From the NCBI GenBank assembly GCA_026026165.1, contig JAPEUD010000003.1, positions 558,001 through 622,000 on the forward strand: a DNA stretch of 64,000 nt, read 5' to 3'. Below the pieces are notes generated by a model. The model worked only from the letters and a program-made list of their open reading frames with translations. It ran no database searches and was not told the DNA's origin. Each line of letters begins with the position of its first letter. The stretch's first letter is position 1. The translations under genes were made by a program, and so were the position numbers. Source of the DNA: Sarea resinae (Eukaryota). Shown piece by piece: positions 27,088 through 39,193 of this stretch.

Positions 27088-27879
27088 TCTCTTGTTCTGT
27101 CTTCTATTTCTTTCTGTTGGTGCCCTTCTCCCTGCCGAGAGGCTGCTATCTGTATCACTCTTCTTGATCTGTGCATATATCCTGCTCTTCCTCGTGCTTT
27201 CTCTCCTTACTTTCCAGGCAGTTCAGGTAAGCACACTCCCAGGGTCGGGCGCCTTGCAAGCAGTGAGGTTACGTTCGAGTGACGGGCTGACCACGGAGGT
27301 GGTGGTAGGAGAAGATGATGGAATCAATCGGATGGTGCTCGCTCACTGACTCGGCTCAGCCCAGGGATCCAGGTAATATGAGGGAGGCTCTACCTCTTTT
27401 CGACCATGCCTCATCCCACGATCATCTACTCCGCAGTATCAACGGGGCCTTTTCTCGGATTTGCCGTTGAAGCCAAGTTCGACCAAAGGTTTTGTTTGGC
27501 GTTTGGCCTGGATGCTCGGCCTAATCGTTTACTTCGTCATAATACACGCAAGCTAAGCGCAAACGCAAGTCCCCATCTGCCTAGGCCGTCGCCCGCCGCC
27601 CGCCGTCATCTTATCTACTTACCTACCTACCTACCTACCTAACCTCACCTCGCCATCTCAACTCAACTCCATATCTGTCAACCACTACAGCACAATACCC
27701 ACTCTGTAACAGGCTGCGAAGCTCCGAGGCTATTCACTTTGAGACACTCGTTTCAAGCTCTTTTTCCTGTAGCATCGAGGGACGACCCAGACGCGCACAC
27801 GGCAAGCAAACAATAAACGACCAAGTGCTTCGAAGTCGGAAAGTGGACATAGTCCTCTTATCGTCATCATATCTCCATC

Positions 27880-29537
27880 ATGTATGTACGCCGTGCTTTC
27901 CCCCTCTTCCTCTCCCTTGCTCGAGCTTCTTTACTGTCTTCAAGCAAATAAGCCCTCAAGCTGTATCATATTCTAAGCTCCACCCTTTGAGGCTCCATCA
28001 CTAATCATCCCCGCCCCCACTTTACAAACAGGCGCATCACCATCTCCATAACCACTCCACCCGACGCCCCTCCGCCAGATCAAGATATCTTATCCCTCGA
28101 CCTCTCCCCCGAATTAACCGCTGCGGATCTCAAAGCCATCGTTCAAAATGACACCAACTACCCGCCCGAATCACAGCACTTCTACCACAACGGCCAACCA
28201 CTGACAGACGACACCAAGACGCTCGAGGAGCTCCGAATCAACGATGGCGACATGCTAGGCATGCAGGTGCAAAGTCCTGCGGCAGCTTCAGGTAGAGGGG
28301 CAGCAGCAAATACACGGAGAAGTGCCGGACCTTCGCGTGGCGCCGCCGCTCAAGGGCGAAGCACCGCAGGCGGACGACAAGGCCCCGACCCGGAAATGGT
28401 ACGGCTACAGATATTGGGAGATCCGCAGATGCGGGCCGAGGTAGCGCAGCGGAGTCCCGAGCTCTCGCGCGCGGTCGAGGACCCGGCTCGGTTCCGTGAG
28501 ATCTGGTACGGCCTTCAACAAGATGCGAACGATGCGGAGCGGAATCGGCAGAGGGAAATCATGTTGCTGAACGAGGATCCCTTCAACATTGAAGCACAAG
28601 CCAAGATCGAAGAGATGATCAGGCAGGAGGCCGTCATGGAGAATTTACAGAATGCGCTTGACTACACCCCAGAAGGTATTTTGTTTTACGTCTCAGTCCT
28701 AAAGTAGGCATCACTAACTCAAATCCTCGGGAAGCCTTCGGAAAAGTCCACATGCTCTACATCGACGTCGAAGTCAACGGCCATAAAGTCAAAGCCTTCG
28801 TCGACTCGGGCGCCCAAGCAACGATCATGTCCCCTTCATGCGCCGAAAAATGCGGCATCATGCGTTTAGTCGACAAACGGTTCGCAGGCATCGCTCGTGG
28901 GGTGGGAACGGCCCAGATCCTCGGTCGTGTCCACAGTGCGCAGATCAAAATCGACCGTCTCTTCCTCGCCTGCAGCTTCACTGTCATGGAAGGCAAAGAC
29001 GTCGATCTGCTCCTTGGGCTAGACATGCTGAAACGCCACCAGGCGTGCATCGACCTCCGCTCCAATCGGCTCGTCATCCAGGACGTGCAGGTGCCGTTTT
29101 TGGGCGAGGCCGATATCCCCAAGTATGCGGACGAGCTGGCCAACGAGCCTATGGTCGAGGGGCCTGCCGGCATGAAGGTCGGTGCTCGATCCGGCGCGCT
29201 GACGCAGCCGCAGTCACAGCAGGGTCAAGCATCGGCTCAAGCGGGTGCTTCGTCAACGTCGTCATCGTCGGCAGCAGCGGCGGCGGACTCGGCTAATAAT
29301 TTCCAAGGGAGAGGGCAGACGCTCGGCGCTGGTGCAGATCAACAACAGCAGACGCCATCAATACCAGCAAGGCAAACCGCACCTCAGGCGGCTGCACCAG
29401 CGGCTGCCTCGTCTCAGTATTCGCCGGAGATGATCGCGCAGCTAGAGCAGCTGGGATTTTCGCGGCAAGAGGCCGTCGCGGCTCTGGACGCAACAGACGG
29501 GGATATCGAGTTGGCTGCTTCGATGATGTTCAGGTGA
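27880..29537 (+). CDS. DDI1: DNA damage-inducible protein 1 (UBL, retroviral-like aspartyl protease, UBA)
   Basis: Introns 27882-28031 and 28676-28734. UBL-like N-terminus, [44 protein letters not shown] (catalytic DSG), [12 protein letters not shown] and UBA motif LGFSRQEA. Confidence 0.96.
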
Positions 29538-29724
29538 TCTTGAGCAGCAGAGCGCCTTTCTGCTTCATAGGGGCAATCTGTTCGCTTGTTCATTGGATCC
29601 GAGGTCTTGTGAGTGACAGAGATATCTCGATGATTCAAAGGGTGGTTTTCTTTTTTCATTTCTTCTGATAATGTTTTCATATCTCATCATCGTTGTTGTT
29701 TGCTTTTCGTTGTCATCGGAAGGC

Positions 29725-31640
29725 TCTTTCTCTCTCTCTCTCTCTTTCTCTTGTAGTGGCATGTGGTGGTATTTCCTCGCATCAGCATCCTAGGGGGGCA
29801 TTTTACGGAACGGGATGTATGCACGCATGTGCGCACGCATGCATTTACGTATAAATGTCTGCATGTGTGTACGGTGCACGTGCATGTGCGTGTGTTCGTG
29901 TGAGTCTGTGTGTGTCTGTGTGTGTGTGGCTTGCATAGCAGGCGTTCTCAGGTCGTCGTCGTTGTCGTCGCCGTGGTTGTCGTTAGTCGGGTATGTGGGT
30001 GGGTGGTGGGATCGTACGTATAAGGCGGCGGGGTAGGAATAGGAGTAGGAATGGGGATAGGGATAGCAATAGCGGAACCCTCGCCCTTGGTCAGGGAATT
30101 GGAATCGACCTTTCTCTTTCTCTTTCTGCCTCTTTTTTTCTTCGTGTGTGTGTGTGCTATACGTTTTCCCCGCGTAGGTAGGTAGGTAGGTAGGTAGGAG
30201 ATCTAGTCGAACTATCTATTCAACTATCTATCTGTTTACCTTACGGATTACCTACTACTAGTCCTACTCCTCCTACACCTCCTATAACTTCTACACCTAT
30301 TCTATATATCTACATAGCTCTCGACTTAGAATATTAGATACCTCTTATTTTCTCTCTCTACTCTCTCTTTAAAGAAGAAATAGCTCTACTCCTCTTACTT
30401 ATATCTAATACTTTCCTCTCTTTTTTCTCTCTAATACTAAGACTCTATTCTAGTGTAAAGAACTCTAGTGCAAAGAACTCTAGTATAAGAATATTAAGAG
30501 ACTACTACCTACTTTAAAGTTATTAGAGTTATCTAAGTGCGAAAGCTATTAGAAGAGTATAAATAAAGTGTTAGAGTTATTAGAGCTATTAGACGTTGTT
30601 TGCAAACAAGTCTATTAGGTGTTATACTACTATACTCCTAAAACTAATACCTACTACTACCTCACATACACACACACACACTCTCTCTCTCTCTCTTCTC
30701 TCTCTCCTTCTTCTTTCTTTCTTTCTTTCTTTCTTTTCTTCCTTAAAGAAAGAAATGAAAGACTCTATATATCTACCTACCTACCTACCTATATACTTTA
30801 CCTTCTTATCTATCTCTTAAATCTCTGACTACTATCTAAGCTATCTACTTACCTCTCTAACCTCTAACTATTAGCCTCTAATTCTTAGGTATCTGCTTCT
30901 AGAACCTCTCGAGCGTCTCTAACCTCTCTAACCTCTCTGAACTTAACCTTCTAACCTCTCTTAAATCAAGTAAAAACAAAACTAAGAATGAAGAAGAAGA
31001 AGAAGAAGATTACTATCTCTACTAAATAACATCCCTATATCTCTCTATCTCTATCTCTCTATCTCTCTATCTCTGTACTAATACATAGGTATCTATACCT
31101 CTACACCTAATTATATATATATATATATATAAAGAGAGAGAGAGAGATAGCTATATATATATAGAATATTTCTATCTCCTTACTCTTTCTCTCTTACTCT
31201 TACTCCTTCTCTTCTTCTACTATCTTATTACTATTACTAGTCGAATAACACGTCAATCAGAATCCTTACTGGATACAGTAGGTAAGTAGGTAAGCAGGTA
31301 AGTAGGTAGGCAAGTAGGTAGGCAAGTAGGTAGGCAAGTAGGTAGGCAAGTAGGTAGGTAGGTAGGCAGGTAGGCAGGTAGTCAAGCTAGAATATAGAAT
31401 TATAGAGACCGTAGGAGGTATATATGTAGACAGGCACCGAACAAATAGTAGGCATGGAATAAGCAAGGCAGGCAAATAGGTAGGTAGGTAGACAAAGTAA
31501 CCAGATTGTGCGAGAATCGCTTTCTTCATATTATGCGGTGCAACCCCCCCCCTCATCTCGGGCCCTCTACCGAAATCCCCCAAACTATTCCCCTGTCTTC
31601 CCTACAGTAATAATCAATAGCAGCAGCAGCAGCAGCAGCA
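29725..31640. repeat. Large microsatellite mosaic with a RIP-like AT-rich core
   Basis: (CT)n, (GT)n, (GTAG)n, (CA)n(CT)n 30665-30700, (CTAC)n, (TA)n(GA)n 31112-31150, (GTAGGCAAGTAG)n 31276-31380 and (CAG)n 31620-31641. The core 30190-31270 is TpA-rich and CpA/TpG-poor by eye. Confidence 0.9.
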
Positions 31641-34074
31641 GCACCCCACATTCTTCACATGCACGTTTTGACCACAGCCTTCCGGGCTAGAAACAACCCG
31701 CACACCCACACACATATATACACTCGCACATGACAACAGCATCCTGGGTCGGCGGCCCGAACCACATAGATCTCTCTGTATAGCGCAAGCAACACAGATC
31801 TACGCCATGTAAGATGCGGCCAGGGTTTTCCGAAGGAGGCAGGCAGACAGCAAGCTAGCCAGCCAAGCTGTAGCTACTGTGGCTTGCATCAACGATCCAA
31901 TAGTCTCGCTGGGCGTCTGGCTCTGGCTCGGGCTCGGCTCGGCTCGGTCTGCTTCCCGATTTCCGCGCCTTCACGGCGCCTCTGTTTGCTCTCAGTATCA
32001 CGGTTGTGGATATCCCAGTTCATTGACGGCCGGAGGCGGGGTTTTGGCTGCTTATTGGTGACAAACATGGGGAAGGCGAGAGATCAGATATGCCGAGATA
32101 TGTAGTGGTAACGATAGTGGTGGCGGTGGTGGCGGTGGGATGGCCGCCAGAGGCTTTTGGAGGCAGCTAGGTGGGAAAAACGAGGCTGGAACATGGGTGA
32201 AGCTGAGACATGTGGAATCATGGAGAGAAGAGAAAAGCCGAGTTGAGGATTATGGCCCTACTAGGGTAAGGATGATAGTGATGGCAATATTGATAGGGTT
32301 GCTCCCGGGCGTAACAGATCGATCGTTGGCCGAGGAAAGGCGCCCTCCCGGCCAGATCTATGGTTCACGATCTTTAGCTCTTGCGTGTATCGCCGTCAAA
32401 GGTTCGCGGCATTCGACTCCCTACTCGGGCGTCTGTAAGCGTGGAGAAGGAAAGAAAAGTAGGCGAGCTTATTGAACAAATCAAAGGTCGGGTTCCACTC
32501 AGAGTTAGTCAGAGCAACGTCCATTCTCGATACGGGATACCAGAAGAAAAAGACCAAGAAAACCTGCCGAACGGGCCCAAATTGAGACCGAAAACTGCGG
32601 AACGTCGGGAGTTTTTTACAACAATAGTGCTCGGACCAAAACCAGAAGAAATCACAGGCAAGAAAATGTTGAAGAAAAGGGAAAATGGGTAAATGACGGT
32701 CCCAAGGCCATGTCACCGGGTCGTGGAGAAGAAGGGACAGCCGCATTTCGCCTCCTCTCGCTTCCGCCTAACAATCTCTCGGCCGGCAAGCAGATCATGT
32801 CAAATTACGATGGAGAGACCCACGGCCCACCGGGGTGACCCATAACCCTACGCTTGAACCAAGCCTAAAGGAACCCACCATCTAATCAAAGCCGTCGGCC
32901 GGGATCCTGACGTTGCACTTGCAGCCTGCATGCTCTGCTTGTGCTTGTGGCCACCGCGAGAGGAGCCTGCAGAAGCAATGAAGCAGGTTAGCGTCTGTGT
33001 GTGTGTCTGTGAGTATAGAGAGCAATGATCATGTCAGATATTTATGTAACGTGGTTGCTCCTGTCAGTGAAAATCTGTCAATTTTAGGTTTTCTGCAATA
33101 GTCCTTTCCCCAACAATCCTCGTATTGCCATTGATGATGCGAGAACGGACGTGGTTTGACGGGTGAAGCAAGACATCATTTTGCGCTAAGGATTGCGCGC
33201 TCTCGCGCTGCTTAGGGGCTAAGTCGTTAGTGAACTGGCCTAGGGTTTAAGCCAAACATTCGTAACCACGGAACTGAGCAACTTTTCCGCCGCCAAAAAG
33301 CCTTAGCTTCTCGTCTTATCTTCTATGATCATTCCCTTCGCAATGGGGCACCCTTTCTTCCAGTTCTTCTCTCATGACTTCTAATGTTGGATTGCAGTGG
33401 GGAAGGAGAGTACTGATGAGGGCGTGTCGGGAGATCATGGAACTATGTATTGGGCAGGCCAGGGCTGGAGCAGTAGAGCTGGTTAATATGCCCAATCGGT
33501 AGCTAGGTGATTATTACATTCGCCAGCGCAACCTCCTCCCGGAAGGTCGCGGGGTCGGTGAGGCGAAGCAGCCGCTGGTTGGTGAACTCCTCGGTCTACC
33601 TGCTCTCATCAATTAGACCTTGGTTGAAGCATTTCTGATCCATTCCTCCCCAATGCCGAACTTGCTCACATGCCCCGCGACTTTGCCTCGCGCCCCCAAT
33701 CGAAGAACGCAGCCGGATGTGACCACAGCTATTTCGTGCGTAGCTTGCCTCCACGATTACAGCATCGTGCATAAAGCGCGCGCCATGAGATTGCCGCATC
33801 ATAATCACCGTAGTCATGCGTGCCGGTCCTCTCCAAGAAACGGCGTTGACTGGAGGATTCGGTCCAGCCAATGGCTGACTAGCCTCGCGCATCAACTCAT
33901 TCGAGCATTTGGACTCAAAATCCACTTTGCTCACGGCCGGTGTCCATCGGCGCGGCCAGTATTGAAGGCACATAAAGCAACGTAGTATTTCCCATGTAGA
34001 AATTCATATAGTTCCTCGGTGTTCGTCTCTCAAAAGTGGTGTTCTTGGCGAACGGACAGGTATACCTACCCGCG

Positions 34075-35642
34075 ATGAAGTATGACATATAACATTTAAG
34101 AGAAGAATATCGGCCGCAAGACTAATGAGCACGACCTAGCGACCCGGAAGCAGATACTGCTTCAATCGAGAGCAAGTACTTACGGACGGTAACGCTTCAC
34201 GACCGTGTTTTCCAACAATATGCACTCGAGAATCAGATCTATTTTGCCCCTATTGACGCGGTACTGCATCCTTGACGAGGGGAACCGGCCGAGCATCATG
34301 ACTGACGCAGACACAGGACGAAGCCGATAGACTGAATCACCAATACGCTGTCCTCAACAGAGCATTCGATGGCCGACTCATCTTTCCACCTATCCAATAC
34401 CCGGAAAGGGTTCTGGACTGTGGCTTTGGGGCAGCCTCCTGGGCCTTCGATGTCGCCGAGCAGTTTCCAGACTGTGAGGTGAGTAAATCAGACCAGAAGA
34501 CGCACAGAGACTGATGAGCATGGGGATAAGGTCCTCGGCATAGATGTATCTCCTCAGATGAAGCCCGATGATACTCCCGAAAACCTCTTTCTCCAGGTAA
34601 AGTTCGTTTTTTCTTCGGTGCCGTTCTCGCCGGGGACATTCGTAGATCCGCTGCTTCACTTGGCAAGAAAAGGCCTGCCAGAGACGACCAAGTGGCATAC
34701 TCCAGAAGCTCTTTAGATCCTCTCTGCGCAGCCGATCACCTGCGGTGAAACGTTGGTGCCAACGGTGGCAGAGATATTTATCGTCCAATAAGCTCATCGC
34801 CCCTCTTTCGCAGAAGCTAGCTAACAACTGTCTTTTCTCACAAGGTCGATGATCTCAACGCTCCGTTTACCTTTCGTTCGAACACGTTTGACCTCGTCCA
34901 TTCTCGACTGGTGGTTGCTGGAATACATAGGAATCGGTGGCCATCATATATGCGTGACATGGTGAGGTAAGCTACTGTCCGGCCACGACGAAATTCCACC
35001 GTACTCTGCCGAATAGACCACTGATAACCAGTCGTCTAGAGTGCTGAAGCCAGGAGGATGGCTTCAAATGACGGAGATATACTATCAATTTCAGTCCGAC
35101 AACGGCTCGATCACTCCCAATCATGCTCTTCGCCAGTGGAGCGAGAAATATCTCAACTCACTTTCCAACATCAAAGACCTACGCGTGCCGATGAGATTAT
35201 CGGAAATGATGAGGAGCGCAGGCTTGGTTGAGATTGAGAGTCGAATGATACCACTCCCATTGTGCGGCTGGTCCAATGGTAAGCTACCGGAAGGGAGGAT
35301 TAAGATATCCGTTGGGGTTGGAAAACATGCGCTCACAATTCTTCCCAATATGTCATGCTGATCCGCGGGGCGTATTATAGATCCTCGGCAACGAGCGATT
35401 GGAGAGATGAACCGCGAAAATGTGGCAAAACTGCTCGACTCTTTATCCATCTTTCCATTTACCGAGCGTCTGCATATGTCGAGACAAGCCCTTGCCGCCC
35501 TCGTGAGCCGCGCACGAAGTGAGGCAGAGGACCCATCCAACAAAGCATACTTTCCGCTGTAAGTCGGCATGATGGTTGGCTCCCGCACGAAAGCTGACAA
35601 CGGGTTAGATACGTTTGCATTGGCAGAAAACGGAGGCACTAA
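34075..35642 (+). CDS. LaeA-like (Llm family) SAM-dependent methyltransferase
   Basis: Eight exons; introns 34080-34139, 34261-34316, 34479-34530, 34597-34844, 34967-35039, 35279-35380, 35559-35608. Motifs YFAPID.DEADRL..Q, RVLDCGFGAASWA (motif I), VLGIDVSP, VDDLN..FDLVHSR, VLKPGGWLQMTE and C-terminal YVCIGRK. The 5-nt first coding exon (ATGAA) is tentative. Confidence 0.88.
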
Positions 35643-37599
35643 TTCCATGTCATTTTCGATCATGGGGAGGGAGAGCAGGATGTTTCCGAAGCTAGAGGGA
35701 CTGAATGGAGGCTCATTTCGGATGCAGCGCACGATCGCTCTGGAATTGGAGCGACTTCGACTGGTTTTGACTTTCTGCCTTGCACACAGAAGAGTGGATC
35801 TCGATAAGCACAGTCAACTAGAGTGCTGGTCTTGTTAGCCGGGGCATACTGAACGTGAATCTGAACGATGTTTTTCAGATACATTGCTGCACGCTTTTGA
35901 GGATGATCATCAACGATTCAAATGGGATCCAAACCCTGTCTGAGCTCCCCAGTTCCATGGTGATGGCCGTAAGCGATGGTCATGATAGGTATCCAAAGCC
36001 ATCACCGACGAAGTCTTTTTCAACGCATTCCAATCCCATTCGTCGAACCCTCACCCCGAACACGGAAATCGGTGGGGAACCAGTCGAGCACAGATATATT
36101 CTCAGTCCGCTCATCAAAAGAAAGGTACTTGGCGTTGGGGATCCGGAGATGAAGGCCGAAGCTGTAGCCGTAAATCGTTGCAGTTCTCTCGATTGCTCGA
36201 CCACAACGCCACGCAAGACCATTAGAGTCCGGCACCAGTGTGTCGTGACTGCTCCTCTCACAAGCAGAGTCAGTCATATGTGCTTTCACAGGTTGGCAGT
36301 AGACGTGTTTCCCGCAAGATGGAGCGAGGCAAGTGCAATGCATGTGAAGAGGCTGGATGGCTTCCAGCATTTCAATACCACTGGACATAAACAAACGACT
36401 TGGCTACGGGGGTGATTGGTGGAAGGGCAAGCCAAGGCGTGGACGCGTCCATTTGGCCGAGCCAAGAAGGAGCAGACAACTGTCATGGCAGTCTGGGGTG
36501 TGGCTGGAGGAAGGAGTCGAGCGCGATGGTTCCCGTTTGCCGCTGGCAGCGGTCCATGATCGGGATTCAATGACACGAATGCAGGAGAGTGGGAGAGTGG
36601 GAGAGTGAGAGAGTGAGGGAAAGGGAGAGGGAGAGGTCGAACGTGGCAGACAACAGTTTGACCCACGAGTTCGTCAGGCTCAGGGGATCCGATCAGTCTG
36701 ACCCAGTCTGCCGGTACCGAGAGGAATGGAGCGGACAATCAGCGGAGCGTAGAGATGACAGCGGAAGGGCTGGATTCAGGGGGGACGAGAGCGGACTTGA
36801 TCATCTCCCGTGTCGATTTTACTCGTACATGTCAAGACGGGGACTCCACAAAGAAGAAGCGGGCCCCGAGAAGCTTCTACAACAACCAGGCGGGCCAGGT
36901 CTCGGAGCAGGAATCAGAGACGGATTCCTCCCACGATATCCACGAGGCACCATGGACTGGCCGCGTACCGCGGCGGAAGTACTTCATCCTCTCCACTACT
37001 CAGAGTCGACGGTCGCTTGCAACGATCAACATGACGGGGGAAGATGCCAGTGCACGTCCCTCCAGCTGTCTCTGTCTCCCGCCCGCGGCAGCAGCTGCGG
37101 CCCGACCACCCAGTTGGGGAAAGATTCGACCCAACGCTGTTTAGGGCACCGGGGAAGCGGGTCCGCGCATCTGGATCCGGTCACGTTATGGGGAGCTGGA
37201 GACCCCCACGGCGATCCTGCCCAGCGCCGAGGAGAACAACCCCGACGGATGGATGATGCCTCGCTCCGCCGTCCTCTCTCAGTGTCAGTGCCAGAGCGTC
37301 TTCCAAGCTCATCGTGATGCACTGTGCTTCGGCCGATCGAACACTGTTTACTCTCCAGGTACAGTACAACCTGCCGGAAGTACAGCTCCTGCCCAAAGGA
37401 GCGGTACCTAACCGAACACACTCTAGCGCGTGACTGTTCGCTTCGGGAGACGGCGCTTGGGCTCGAAGCAGTTTAGCGGCACGAAGTCCCAAACTGCCAC
37501 CGCCTTCGACCAGATCAATACCGAAATATCGAGATCGAGGAGTCAAGAAGAAGATCAGCCTGTACTCTAGAGGAAGCGCCTTCATCGAGGCCCGTCAAG

Positions 37600-38711
<1,112 letters not shown>

Positions 38712-39193
38712 TCCTTACGTCTGTTTGTTTTGTATCATCACAGGCGTTACCAAGTTTTCCTGCCAAGTTTTGAGTCTAGGATCCAGCATTTCTTTGGCAT
38801 AAAAGCATTGATGTCTGAGCATCACATCTATTTCATTACTAAGGCAGTCCATAAGAAGTACCACTATCTCGTCAATGCAAAAACGTTGTAGACTGTACCT
38901 GAATCCCTACTTCAATATGCTTGTCCGACAAACGTCGGTAATTTCACAGCTTTGGCTCCACAATGTCCACAGCTAGATCGATGGTTTATTGTAATTGATT
39001 CGCGCCAAGCGGCTCATTTTTATTGCTGACACCAAGCGTTGAACAGTATAAACCCCCCAGAGAAGGACTCCACACTCCAGATACCGTCATAAACACCATC
39101 GCCGTTTCTCATCACGAATTCAACGCTGGACCAGCAACCGAGAATACCACCAGCTATCCGCCCTCTTTCTTTCAGGACAATGGTGTCCCAAAT

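Noticed and set aside
28752..29110. Retroviral-type protease suggesting a retrotransposon
   Set aside because: It is the cellular Ddi1 RVP domain between UBL and UBA; there is no gag, RT or LTR.
32840..33310. Telomerase RNA candidate (TAACCCTAC at about 32843; TTTTGCGCTAAGG...AAAAAGCCTTAGC pseudoknot-like pairing at 33179-33307)
   Set aside because: The template lacks the 1.5-repeat alignment (no TAACCCTAA), the pairing is only 7 bp, and I saw no downstream ATAAGT-type 3' processing site. An Infernal search with a Pezizomycotina TER model would settle it.
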